64,000 nt of DNA from a virus (IMGVR_UViG_3300029858_000327); one strand, 5' to 3'; positions 18,521 to 28,129 are shown, numbered from the stretch's first letter. Numbers and translations: made by a program. Notes: generated from the sequence alone by a model not told the origin.

Positions 18521-19031
18521 TATGGGAAAGCAAGAAAGTATGGATAACTGGTTCCAGATGGCTAAGGATTATGCCAAAGCAGAAAAGGAACTGAAAATCG
18601 AGAATTGGGTGCAAATCAGCATCTGCTACGGTCACGGCCATCAATCTGTCACCCTATACACCTACGACCTTCCTCGTGAAGTGTACGAAAGAAGGATGTG
18701 GGTAATCAGATGGAGGGTGGCCAGACTGCAATGCCAGTATCCGAGGAATGATGTGTACACTTCTTTTTACTACTACGACAAGCATTCAGGAGAGTCGCTT
18801 GAAGTGAGTTCTTGCCTATCTAAACTGATTTCTGCAAAAGCCAAGATAACAAAAGCAGAACGCAGGATGAATGAATACATAGAGTACAACCGTCAGAACA
18901 ACATGTTCTTTGACGAGGAATCCGATGAGGAACTGGTTAAGTTCCGGGAGAAACTGGGACGCAAGAAACTCGAATGTGCCGAGTGTGAAAAGAGACTTGA
19001 GCAGCTTGTAGAAAAAAGGAGAAATAATTAA
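18513..19031 (+). CDS. hypothetical protein
   Basis: 172 aa ORF. C-terminal CAECEKR. Confidence 0.35.
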   Translation: MNDMGKQESMDNWFQMAKDYAKAEKELKIENWVQISICYGHGHQSVTLYTYDLPREVYERRMWVIRWRVARLQCQYPRNDVYTSFYYYDKHSGESLEVSSCLSKLISAKAKITKAERRMNEYIEYNRQNNMFFDEESDEELVKFREKLGRKKLECAECEKRLEQLVEKRRNN

Positions 19032-19159
19032 TGAAAACGAAATTGTATTACCTGTTCCTGGCTGCTATTATATATGTTTAAATGTTAAAATATATTGATA
19101 ATTTGCAAGAAAGAATGTAAAACTTTATTTTTGTTTAAAAGACTTTAATTGTATGTGTT

Positions 19160-20167
19160 ATGGAACGGGGAAATAAAAAAGAATGGTGGTCTAAATATAA
19201 GACTCGTTACTTTGTTTGTATGGCAGTAATTACATGCCTATTGGCTTATATCCTGAAAGACAATTATGAATTTATTGCGAATGTCTTTTTAGGCGTAGCT
19301 TTATCTGTATTTGCTGGATTAATTCTGGGAGTTTATATTGATGTTCCTAATATGGTAAAAAACTATAAGGATACTATGCTTAATATTTTGACGAGCAATG
19401 AATATTTAAGGGAATTGGATACATCTAGATTGGCGCAACTTCGAGAATCTACAACATCAATTCTATATTCTGTCCCTAATAATTATGAACCAGGACTGAT
19501 ATTGTTAGATAAAGAAATCTGTTCTTTATTAACGCATCCTTATTATGATTGGTATAGACAAACAATTGTTTGTGAAAAAGCTGATGAAGATGGCAATGTT
19601 TTAAAGCATGTGGAAGTTGATTATGGAATTAAAAGTCCTAATAATGATTCAAATGTGGTTTTTAACGAAGATATAGGGGTAAGAATTTTTACTCATAAAG
19701 TCCAAGGTCGGAATCAAGATGAACTTGTAACAATAAAGCAATTGTCATATAAGGTTGATGGAGGAGAGTGGGTATACCTAAAGAAAGGAGATTTTGTGAA
19801 TTTTGTTGAAAAATGTGATTACAAAAAGGATAATACATATCCTCTTTGTATAACCATATCTTCTAATAAAGATAGATTTGTACCAATAATAAAATCTTTT
19901 AAGCAATCTTTGGAGGTAAAAATATCTTATGATACAATTATTGCTGCCATGGATAAAACATTTTGTAAAAGATTGAGGCATCCTACAAAAAGTTTTATTT
20001 TGAATTATAGTGTAAAGGATACAACTCAAAAACTTCATGGTGAGTTATTAGGAACATTAGTTGATGTTAGTGACTTTTCAATTATAGGAAATGAAACTAA
20101 TACTGTTTTCCTAGAATCTAGGAAGTGGATGCTTCCGAAAAATGGAGCTGTTATCATGATAATGTAA
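19160..20167 (+). CDS. membrane-anchored protein of unknown function (moron; candidate abortive-infection type)
   Basis: 335 aa. Two N-terminal TM helices, then a large soluble domain. The gene and its flanks are strongly AT-rich relative to the phage backbone. Own terminators at 20440-20520. Confidence 0.45.
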   Translation: MERGNKKEWWSKYKTRYFVCMAVITCLLAYILKDNYEFIANVFLGVALSVFAGLILGVYIDVPNMVKNYKDTMLNILTSNEYLRELDTSRLAQLRESTTSILYSVPNNYEPGLILLDKEICSLLTHPYYDWYRQTIVCEKADEDGNVLKHVEVDYGIKSPNNDSNVVFNEDIGVRIFTHKVQGRNQDELVTIKQLSYKVDGGEWVYLKKGDFVNFVEKCDYKKDNTYPLCITISSNKDRFVPIIKSFKQSLEVKISYDTIIAAMDKTFCKRLRHPTKSFILNYSVKDTTQKLHGELLGTLVDVSDFSIIGNETNTVFLESRKWMLPKNGAVIMIM

Positions 20168-20519
20168 TGTTATAATCAAAAATATTGAGAAAAAGTTTGT
20201 GTTCCGAGTACTTTTTATTATTTTTGCAATACTCAATATGGAACTAAAACATAAAGCTATGATGGAAAGTGAAGATTAAAAGTAAATCTTTAAAAGATTT
20301 GCTTTAGTTCCTTATATAGGTTAATAATATAAGGAATAATTTGAGAATTTTAGTATTTGATAAAAGAGAGGCTGTCGCAAATAATTTTGAGATGGCCTTT
20401 TTTGTGTCCCAACAACTTTGCTCTTGAGTTTTACTTATTTAATGTAGAATTCCACTGACAGCCCTTGTCAGTGCTTTTTGAATCCCCGGTAACTGCTTTG
20501 TGGCGGTTATCGGGGATTT

Positions 20520-20930
20520 TTATTTGAATATGGATACCAATAATGCTGCGATGGCAATAAAAGTATTGACTATAAGAAGCCATTTTTCAAGGTTGGATTC
20601 TTTACGTTGCTCTTCACGATATTCTTGTTGAGCAAGTATTTCCTTCTGATGCAACTCACGATATTTCTGTTGAGCGAGGATTTCTGACTTCTGAATTTGA
20701 AGAAAGTTGTATTGCTCTTCCATGAGAGTACGTCTTTTCTTCTCATCCAGATCTTTCATGTAATCAGAATTTCCTGAGAATCCCGAACCTATTTCAAAAC
20801 CAAAATCATTCTTATAAGAATCAAATTCATTCATATAGATATAATCAAATTTTATTACGGGCATACAATATGTGTGCCAGAGAAATGATGTCAAAATGTC
20901 ATAAATATAGAAAATTATGAACTTAAACAA
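20520..20930 (-). CDS. hypothetical protein with C-terminal TM helix and EILAQQ-YRE tandem peptide repeats
   Basis: 136 aa. The true start may be an internal Met. Confidence 0.3.
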   Translation of the reverse strand: MFKFIIFYIYDILTSFLWHTYCMPVIKFDYIYMNEFDSYKNDFGFEIGSGFSGNSDYMKDLDEKKRRTLMEEQYNFLQIQKSEILAQQKYRELHQKEILAQQEYREEQRKESNLEKWLLIVNTFIAIAALLVSIFK

Positions 20931-21510
20931 ATTGAGAGATAAGGCCTACCAGTGCGCAGTAGCCCATGGTTGGCACGAAGAAAACCTGAGTGACGAACAT
21001 TTCCTCTGTCTGGTCATATCCGAACTGATGGAAGCGGTGGAAGCTGACCGGAAAGGGAAACATGCTGATACCAAAAAGTTCAATCAGGAATTGGATTACT
21101 ATATGCATGAGATGAAGTTGTATGGAGAAAACTATGATGAAGCCTATCGTGATACGTTTGAATATTATCTTAAAGACAGCGTGGAGGATGAACTTGCTGA
21201 TGCCTGTATTCGTCTGCTGGATTTGGCCGGATTGAGGAACGTGGATTTGGGTGAGGTCAATTCTGATGAATTGAAATGTTCAGAGGGCTTCCTCGATTGG
21301 ACTTTCACGGAATCTGTTTTCTCGTTGGTATGTAACATAACAGATTCAGATTACATTGAAAACCATTCATTCGACAGTTTTCTTCGAATGGCTTTAATTG
21401 AAATATTGGTTTTCTGTGTACAAAAAGACATCGACATCTTCTGGCACATCAAGCAGAAGATGAAATACAATGAACTACGTCCGTATAAGCACGGAGATAA
21501 AAGCTACTGA
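20917..21510 (+). CDS. MazG-like nucleotide pyrophosphohydrolase (putative)
   Basis: Two EExxxE/DELAD-type helices (SELMEAVEADR, EDELADACIRLLDLA). Confidence 0.4.
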   Translation: MNLNKLRDKAYQCAVAHGWHEENLSDEHFLCLVISELMEAVEADRKGKHADTKKFNQELDYYMHEMKLYGENYDEAYRDTFEYYLKDSVEDELADACIRLLDLAGLRNVDLGEVNSDELKCSEGFLDWTFTESVFSLVCNITDSDYIENHSFDSFLRMALIEILVFCVQKDIDIFWHIKQKMKYNELRPYKHGDKSY

Positions 21511-21512
21511 CC

Positions 21513-21869
21513 ATGAAACACGTATTCTACACCTTAATCATCATACAAGCCCTGTACGAGCTTGTGAAGCTGTTTAGATGTAAATCCCTGTACCGACATG
21601 TGAAAGTCTTTCAGAGGCTCGATAAGACATCAAAAAGATGGTATCTGATGGCGCATCCGTGGCTTCATGTTGCATTATTCATGGATACCATCGGACTTTT
21701 ATTGCTGGTGATGGGATTGTTTTCAAGCCAGTGGGTGTGTTTCCTTGTTGTCCTGGTCATGAGTTTCAGTCAAATCCAAAAGCTGGGAGCATGGGCGGTG
21801 TTCCTGGACAGTCTGGTAACGGTTATCATTTACGCTTTCGCCATCCTGAATGCATATCACTTGGCATAA
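21513..21869 (+). CDS. small integral membrane protein
   Basis: 118 aa, 3-4 hydrophobic segments. Confidence 0.4.
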   Translation: MKHVFYTLIIIQALYELVKLFRCKSLYRHVKVFQRLDKTSKRWYLMAHPWLHVALFMDTIGLLLLVMGLFSSQWVCFLVVLVMSFSQIQKLGAWAVFLDSLVTVIIYAFAILNAYHLA

Positions 21870-21963
21870 AATAAAAAAGGGAGCCAGCCCACACGATTAG
21901 AAGCCAACTCCCCCACACGATTATGATGCAAATATAAAAATTTCCAACTAAATAAATCGTTCT

Positions 21964-22401
21964 ATGACAAAAGAATTTTCATCAATCGTGGAGTTGAAAT
22001 CAATACGTGAACAGAAATCAAGATTATCTGAACGTGAACAGGAGTTATCCTCCCCTATCCTGACTGATTTTACTCTCATCCCAAAGATTTATGAGTGGTT
22101 CAGAGAGATACTTTCCGGGGCAGATTGTCCGCCCAATTCGGAAAGTGTTACCCAGCGAAAGAAGTTCCTCTTCATCGTGCTGTTCCTCTTTGCACCCAGC
22201 GTGCTTGCCGGTGGACGGTTGCCGAACGGTATCCGGGCAGAGATTTCCGGTGTGTTCCCGGATGTTTCCCCGTGTGTAATATCGAACAATATCGCCGATG
22301 TTTCCTTTATCTACCAACAGTATAAGGATTTCCGGCAGGATATAGAGTATCTTTACAATCAGATTGTAGAAAGGTTGAAGGTCAAAGGACTAATCAAGTA
22401 A
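21964..22401 (+). CDS. hypothetical protein
   Basis: 145 aa, followed by a strong terminator. Confidence 0.4.
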   Translation: MTKEFSSIVELKSIREQKSRLSEREQELSSPILTDFTLIPKIYEWFREILSGADCPPNSESVTQRKKFLFIVLFLFAPSVLAGGRLPNGIRAEISGVFPDVSPCVISNNIADVSFIYQQYKDFRQDIEYLYNQIVERLKVKGLIK

Positions 22402-22431
22402 CCCCGTTCCGAAAGGCTCGGGGTATTTTTA
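22402..22431 (+). terminator. rho-independent terminator
   Basis: CCCCGTTCCGAAAGGCTCGGGG hairpin plus a T-run. Confidence 0.55.
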
Positions 22432-22621
22432 TGAAACATATTGCCAATTGTTTGTTCTTGGTTAAAGCAATCTTAGGCTAAAAATCACCATGTTGGTAAC
22501 TTTGTCTTAAAGAGATAATAACAGCTATCCTCACGGCTGAAAAGTATAAACCCTGCCATCGGTAAGAAGTGAGGAGCTTGCCTTTGGTGGGGTAATTTTT
22601 TAATCTAAGATTCACTGAGAC

Positions 22622-23281
22622 ATGAAAACAAATCAAGAAATGGTAAGGCAAATGGGGAATTTAGAGGTTATTCAACGCACTGTTGACGGCTATTTCAATG
22701 CTACCAGGCTTGTAAAGTTATGGAACGAACGAAACTCCTCAAACAAAGAATTGAAGAAATACTTTGAAAATGAATCAACCAAGGAATTAATCGCTACCAT
22801 CGTTGAAAAAGAAAATCTAAATGGGCAAAATTCTCCCTATTTAAGTTCACGCGGTAAATGCGGTGGAACCTGGGTTCATCCTGTATTGTTCATTGATTTG
22901 GCTATGTGGCTAAATGCGTCATTCAAATATGATGTAATCAAATTCGTTTCTGATCAAATGATTCGTTACCGGAATGATGCTGGGGACGCTTATAGGGAAC
23001 TCTCTTCTGCCATTATGAAAATCGTTCCCAAAGACTTTATGCCTAAAGCCATGCAGAAGGTCGGTGAAGCCTTGAACTGGGTTATCTTCAACAGTCATGA
23101 AAAGATGCTACGTAATAAGCATGGTGAGGAACAAAAACAACGTGAATTGTGGCAGCTCGAAAAGAAGGTTGCTGATTTGGTCAATGAAGGTTTCTTGACC
23201 GACTATGAAAGCCTTATCGGGTATCTGAGAATTCAATACCAGAAAAGGAACTATCCAAAGGTCTTTGCTAATGCTGGATAA
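22622..23281 (+). CDS. KilA-N domain protein (antirepressor-like DNA-binding protein)
   Basis: DGYFNATRL...GGTWVHPVLFIDLAMWLNASFKYDV is the KilA-N/APSES core. Confidence 0.6.
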   Translation: MKTNQEMVRQMGNLEVIQRTVDGYFNATRLVKLWNERNSSNKELKKYFENESTKELIATIVEKENLNGQNSPYLSSRGKCGGTWVHPVLFIDLAMWLNASFKYDVIKFVSDQMIRYRNDAGDAYRELSSAIMKIVPKDFMPKAMQKVGEALNWVIFNSHEKMLRNKHGEEQKQRELWQLEKKVADLVNEGFLTDYESLIGYLRIQYQKRNYPKVFANAG

Positions 23282-23310
23282 AATATTACATAAGTAGAAA
23301 AGCCGGAGCG

Positions 23311-24018
23311 TTATGCTTCCGGCTTTATTTGTGATTTTATATTAATATCGGATAAATATTCTTTGGATTCTTTTATAAACTTGTCTGTTAATTCTTTAAT
23401 TTCATTCCCTTGCAACTTGGTGCATTCAGTAGCAAATGAGGTTAATTTCCGGCTGCGTGTAACATTGTCGTTAGGATTATTTAAATTTATATCTTGAATC
23501 TCAAACAATAACATTCTTTGTTTGAAAATAATTTCTGACATCTTAGATAACAGCATATGTAAATTTTCAATGTATGAGTTATCATCTATGTATAATATTA
23601 ATTTATGATAAGCCAAGGTAACCGCTAAATCATTATCTTTTTCTTTTTGAATTAATTCATTAATTATGTGATTATTATCTGCGTTGTTTCTCCAGCTTCC
23701 CATAAACGTCTCATTCCAATTCATATATTTACTCCAAAAATCAACTATAGCTTCATTTCTTTGCTGTATAAATAGAGTTTGAGCCTGAGACTGTACATTC
23801 AAAACTGACTTTAAAATCTCAATTTCTTTCATAAATTGGGTTTCTACTGATTTTATTTTTCTTGTAAAACCACTTATCGTCTTTTTTTCTATTTTTTTCT
23901 TTATTAGTTCTGCAAAAAAAACAATAATAAGTTGTATTCCAATAAACAAAGAAACAATCATCCAAATTGGATATTGTGATTCAATTAATGTTTTAGTTAT
24001 TTGTTCTTCCATAATCAA
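23311..24018 (-). CDS. single-pass membrane protein, coiled-coil (island 1, gene 4)
   Basis: 235 aa. TM at residues about 18-40. AT-rich. Confidence 0.45.
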   Translation of the reverse strand: MIMEEQITKTLIESQYPIWMIVSLFIGIQLIIVFFAELIKKKIEKKTISGFTRKIKSVETQFMKEIEILKSVLNVQSQAQTLFIQQRNEAIVDFWSKYMNWNETFMGSWRNNADNNHIINELIQKEKDNDLAVTLAYHKLILYIDDNSYIENLHMLLSKMSEIIFKQRMLLFEIQDINLNNPNDNVTRSRKLTSFATECTKLQGNEIKELTDKFIKESKEYLSDINIKSQIKPEA

Positions 24019-24875
24019 TCTTCATTTTCATCAAATACAAATGCCCCTTTTTTATATTCATTGCTCATATCTCTATTTTTATCTTGAGATGCCAAGTAAC
24101 TATCTTCGAATTTAGAAGCATATAATTCTTTCTCTCTATCTGTTGCCAATAATTCAACTCGAAGATTATTGAATATTGCATATTTTTCAATTAGAGGTTT
24201 AAACTTTTCTCTGCCATTACTTGATAGGCAATTGTAAAATAACATAATAAGTTCATATTGTGATAGACTAGCTCTCATAAGGCATGCATAATCATATTTT
24301 TTATTTTTGTCATTTGTAAAAATTGGAGCTTCGTCAATAAATTTAAATACTCGATATAGGTGTCGAAAATAATGGTCTAAGATTCCAATATCTTTATCTT
24401 CTTCATATGAAATTATTCCTCTTTCTTTAATATCATCTTTGATTCCACACAAAGGAGTGTATTTTTCTTCATATAAAGCTTTGAATATTTGTCTGCCTGA
24501 TATTTTTACTTTATTCAAAAAATTACTATTGGCATAAGCCAAGAATTGCAAGTTATTAGTTATATCTTCTTGGATTTGAATAAGCTGAAATAAGTTACTT
24601 TCAAATCGTTCTAATGCAATATCTTTTCTTTGCTGCTCATTAGCTTTAAATTGTACCCAGAAAGCAAGAAAAGTAAGTATAGCCGCTGCTATTGCAACAA
24701 ATGGCCCCATAATGCCTCCTATGGTATCTCCTATTGGACCGGTATTGCTAAAATCAGAAATACAGAATGGAAACTTTGTTAATAATATGGGGAGAAAAAG
24801 GATAATCAAAAAAAAGATACAAATCCATTTAAGATACTTCTTAAAGTCGTTCGAAAACATATTAGTGTCCATCAT
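24015..24875 (-). CDS. 2-TM membrane protein (island 1, gene 3); candidate membrane effector
   Basis: 286 aa. Two N-terminal TM helices (WICIFFLIILFLPILL and GGIMGPFVAIAAAILTFLAFWV), then a cytoplasmic domain. ATGA overlap with gene 4. Confidence 0.45.
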   Translation of the reverse strand: MMDTNMFSNDFKKYLKWICIFFLIILFLPILLTKFPFCISDFSNTGPIGDTIGGIMGPFVAIAAAILTFLAFWVQFKANEQQRKDIALERFESNLFQLIQIQEDITNNLQFLAYANSNFLNKVKISGRQIFKALYEEKYTPLCGIKDDIKERGIISYEEDKDIGILDHYFRHLYRVFKFIDEAPIFTNDKNKKYDYACLMRASLSQYELIMLFYNCLSSNGREKFKPLIEKYAIFNNLRVELLATDREKELYASKFEDSYLASQDKNRDMSNEYKKGAFVFDENED

Positions 24876-24884
24876 TTTGAATCA

Positions 24885-25712
24885 TCATTTGATTTTCTTA
24901 TTAAGGTAATTGATAAAAGCACTACAAGACACAAGCATGAATAATGCTTCTTCTGCTTGAGGAGCATTGGTATCATCCATCAGTGCATGACGAATACCTG
25001 TAGTTTTGTCATTAGTGTATCCATAAAGACATTCAAAAGCTTTCCTTAAGACGGTAGGGACAAAGACTCCTTTTTCCTCCATCTTTTTAAAGTTAAGTAC
25101 ATTTTCCCCAGTTATATTTCGGGAGATGGCTTCTACTGCAGATATGGATTCCTTTATGGAATTTCTATAATCAGCCACTGGCCTTTTAGAATATAATTCC
25201 AGTGCATTATTTAAATGTATCTTAATATTATCCTTACTTGTACTTAATGTAGTTTCTATTTCTTTAATTTCTTCTTCTGATGTAATTTCTACAATCTCCT
25301 TGTTTACAATTCTATATGCAAAGTTCAGCCTTTTAAAATGATGATTCAATTCACCAACAAAAATATCGGCTGAAATAGAAATTTGTGAATCTTTTTCACT
25401 TTTAAAATATAGGTATTTAATACAAACTTCAATAAGATCTAGTTTTTCAAACCATTCATTTCGTTCACTTTTTATATATTTAGATATTATATCAGTATAA
25501 GTAGTCCACTCAGATTTACGCATATTTAGGAAATTTGTCCAAATATATTCATCTAAGTTGTGGTATATATAAAGACAATCAACGATATTTAGTGTTTCTT
25601 TTAAAATATCATAACAAGTTAAAATAGCGTTTTGTATCCCAGGGGTAATCTTTTCCCTAATAAATACATCTGATGGTTTTATATAACCATGTCTTTCTGA
25701 AAATAGTGCCAT
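24885..25712 (-). CDS. hypothetical cytoplasmic protein (island 1, gene 2)
   Basis: 275 aa. The C-terminal region carries a TGIRHAL motif, a weak HEPN-like hint only. Confidence 0.45.
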   Translation of the reverse strand: MALFSERHGYIKPSDVFIREKITPGIQNAILTCYDILKETLNIVDCLYIYHNLDEYIWTNFLNMRKSEWTTYTDIISKYIKSERNEWFEKLDLIEVCIKYLYFKSEKDSQISISADIFVGELNHHFKRLNFAYRIVNKEIVEITSEEEIKEIETTLSTSKDNIKIHLNNALELYSKRPVADYRNSIKESISAVEAISRNITGENVLNFKKMEEKGVFVPTVLRKAFECLYGYTNDKTTGIRHALMDDTNAPQAEEALFMLVSCSAFINYLNKKIK

Positions 25713-25760
25713 AGTTTATTCTCCTTTATCTATTTTAATATATTGAAATATATAATGCCA

Positions 25761-26789
25761 TTATTTTAGCATCTTATTGAGAATTTCCACTTTTTCTTTA
25801 AACTCATCTATCAATTTCGCTTCATTAATATGAATTCCTTTTATATCTACAGAACAGGATTCACAAAACCTTTTATCTACTGGATTTTTATGGCCATGCT
25901 CACAAATAAACTTATCTTCTTCCTTCTTACTAAAAACACCAGATTTGACCTTTTCTATTTTGCCAGTATCCGGCAGATTACTATAAAAATCACATATTTT
26001 ATTCATCAAATTTACTTCGTTAGCATCGTAATAATCTGATTTTATAGGTAAGAATTTTATACCCTCGTGTATGTTTTGACTACAAACCTTTAATATGGAT
26101 GTTGCATCAAATAAATTGCATTTTTTTATTAATGATATAAGTAAATCTTTCCTATCCACCTCGATATATAATTCGTACAATAAAGGAACCATCAGTGATT
26201 TAGAATACGTTCCCAATACGTTTTCAATCATTTCTGCCTCTTTGATATATAAGCCTAATTTATTTCTAATATACAAATCCACAAGTTCCTTAATTATTTC
26301 TTTTTGCGGGTTCTCAATAAGAAACTGTACCCAATCTTCTTTTATTTGCTCTTTATTTTGAAGTTGCTTTTGGATAAAACGCTTTTTGATTTCCTTGTCC
26401 AAATCAGACTGACTAACAGTATTGGTTTTAATATTATTATCATAATCGAGGCTATACTCAATTTTACAAGCTGTACCGGATACAGATACCATAAACATTG
26501 ATTTATCTTTTCCTGATATTTCATCGAAATCAACTTTGAATCCAATAATTGCATTTGCACCAATTCTAATAGCTTTATTTTTAAGATCCTTGGATGCCTC
26601 ATTATAGATATATTCCAATTTTCTTCTATATGACTCTGATTTACCCCCAAAAAAATCAGAGAAAGAAGCTGCAAAATCAGAAAAAATATTTGTTCCAACT
26701 ACTATATTACTGCAAATAACATCAATATATTGCCTAATGATTCCATTTTCAATTCTTTCTGTTGTTGAGATTATAAATCTGTCTTTCAT
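25761..26789 (-). CDS. YbjQ/DUF74 (UPF0145)-domain protein with C-terminal zinc ribbon (island 1, gene 1)
   Basis: The N-terminal ~110 aa align convincingly with E. coli YbjQ (NIFSDFAASFSDFFGGKSESYRRKLE...IGANAIIGFKVDFDE...SMFMVSVSGTA). C-terminal CEHGHKNPVDKRFCESCS. Confidence 0.6.
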   Translation of the reverse strand: MKDRFIISTTERIENGIIRQYIDVICSNIVVGTNIFSDFAASFSDFFGGKSESYRRKLEYIYNEASKDLKNKAIRIGANAIIGFKVDFDEISGKDKSMFMVSVSGTACKIEYSLDYDNNIKTNTVSQSDLDKEIKKRFIQKQLQNKEQIKEDWVQFLIENPQKEIIKELVDLYIRNKLGLYIKEAEMIENVLGTYSKSLMVPLLYELYIEVDRKDLLISLIKKCNLFDATSILKVCSQNIHEGIKFLPIKSDYYDANEVNLMNKICDFYSNLPDTGKIEKVKSGVFSKKEEDKFICEHGHKNPVDKRFCESCSVDIKGIHINEAKLIDEFKEKVEILNKMLK

Positions 26790-26881
26790 ATTATTATGAT
26801 TTATGTTAAACTTTTCAATCCAATAACTGGCTCAAATTTCTCGAAATAATACCTATTATATCTTCTGCTTATAGATAGAAC

Positions 26882-27295
26882 TTATATCGGAGAAATTAAC
26901 GTATTTACTTTTTTAAAAGAATCGAATTTTTCCTTATCCAGAGTTCCACCTATTTTACTTAATCTTTCTTCAAAATAGCGGACTATATTTTTATATTTGT
27001 TTTCATAGAATTCATTCTTCATATCTTCTTGTGTTTCATATTCTTTCTGTGCTTTTTCATAGAGCTCAATAACACTGAGATAAAACGCTCTAAAATATCT
27101 GAGTCTCGCTTCTTCTATCTCTCCTTTCAAAGTCAAAATTTGAGCCTCCCTTATCAGCAAATCTTCAACCGTCTGTTTTTGAACAATACAGCTTTTGATC
27201 GCATTTACATTATTCGTCATAACCCAAACCTTGAAAAAAAGAATAATCTGTAGGATACTAAAAATCAGTATTATAATGGATAAAACATCTATCAT
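26882..27295 (-). CDS. small N-terminal-TM protein (paralog of 43706..44059)
   Basis: Shares ILQIILFFK(V/I)W(V/G)MTN(N/D) with the 43706 ORF. Same position downstream of the HTH-Zn-ribbon regulator. Confidence 0.45.
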   Translation of the reverse strand: MIDVLSIIILIFSILQIILFFKVWVMTNNVNAIKSCIVQKQTVEDLLIREAQILTLKGEIEEARLRYFRAFYLSVIELYEKAQKEYETQEDMKNEFYENKYKNIVRYFEERLSKIGGTLDKEKFDSFKKVNTLISPI

Positions 27296-27312
27296 AGAAT
27301 TACATTTAAAAA

Positions 27313-27570
27313 TTAGACTTCTGGATTTAACTTAATTTCCTTTCCACAATGAGGACAACGTATCACTCCCTCTTTAGGCTTATCAAAGAGGTCTGGTATT
27401 TCAACATCTAAAGCATCTGCAATTTCAGCGAGCCTATCCATATTAAATTTATTACGAGAGACAGCTTGTGAAAAGGAGACAGCTTGTATGCCTAATTTGT
27501 CAGCAAGTTGAGCTTGCGTTATTCCCCTCTCCTTACAAAGTTCTTTAATTCTTAATTCTGTATTTGCCAT
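27313..27570 (-). CDS. XRE-family HTH regulator with C-terminal zinc ribbon (paralog of 44079..44324)
   Basis: Likely start MANTELRIKEL. The 38-codon upstream extension in the ORF track is AT-rich low-complexity sequence. HTH ITQAQLADKLG. Zn ribbon CPHCGKEIKLNP, identical to the paralog. Confidence 0.6.
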   Translation of the reverse strand: MANTELRIKELCKERGITQAQLADKLGIQAVSFSQAVSRNKFNMDRLAEIADALDVEIPDLFDKPKEGVIRCPHCGKEIKLNPEV

Positions 27571-27805
27571 AAGATTATAGTTTTGAGTGTAAATATATAC
27601 AATATAGTTTATATGCGAAATAAAATTTGAAAAATTATTTATTAATGCTATTGTATAGGTATACAAAAACAAATTTAGCATCAATACTATATAATCAATG
27701 TTAAATATAGCATATATAAATAATATACACTTTTTTTATTTAGCATATATACTATATATTTGCACCATCAAACAAGAAGTAATAACAAATTAACCACATA
27801 CGAAT
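27571..27805. promoter_or_regulatory. divergent promoter region with TAGCATATATA direct repeats (putative operators)
   Basis: Three copies of TAGCAT(C/A)TATA within the AT-rich 230 bp. Confidence 0.35.
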
Positions 27806-28096
27806 ATGAAGACGATAGAAAAGATGCTTGCAGATGCAATCTTAAAGAGTATTGACAGCAATGAAGGCACATTCTGTGTTGATGCAGAAGACAATGAGAA
27901 TCTAATAGAAGTTGAAGGACACTACAAAGTAAAAGGATACATAGATGATAAGTTCTATCACAGCATGGATATATGGGTTACTACTGAAGCATCAGTAACC
28001 ATAGACAAGGTTAGAGCTTATGACAAAAATGAGAACGAGGTAGAAGTTGAATGTGACATTAAGGCTATCGAAGAATACGTAGAAATTAACTTATAA
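27806..28096 (+). CDS. hypothetical acidic protein
   Basis: 96 aa. Confidence 0.4.
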   Translation: MKTIEKMLADAILKSIDSNEGTFCVDAEDNENLIEVEGHYKVKGYIDDKFYHSMDIWVTTEASVTIDKVRAYDKNENEVEVECDIKAIEEYVEINL

Positions 28097-28129
28097 CATT
28101 GTAACAAAGATTATTAAATACGCACGATT

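Noticed and set aside
27571-27684. Long N-terminal extension of the HTH regulator (MMLNLFLYTYTIALINN...)
   Set aside because: AT-rich low-complexity translation of promoter DNA. The paralog 44079-44324 starts at the equivalent of MANTELRIK, so the start was moved to 27570.
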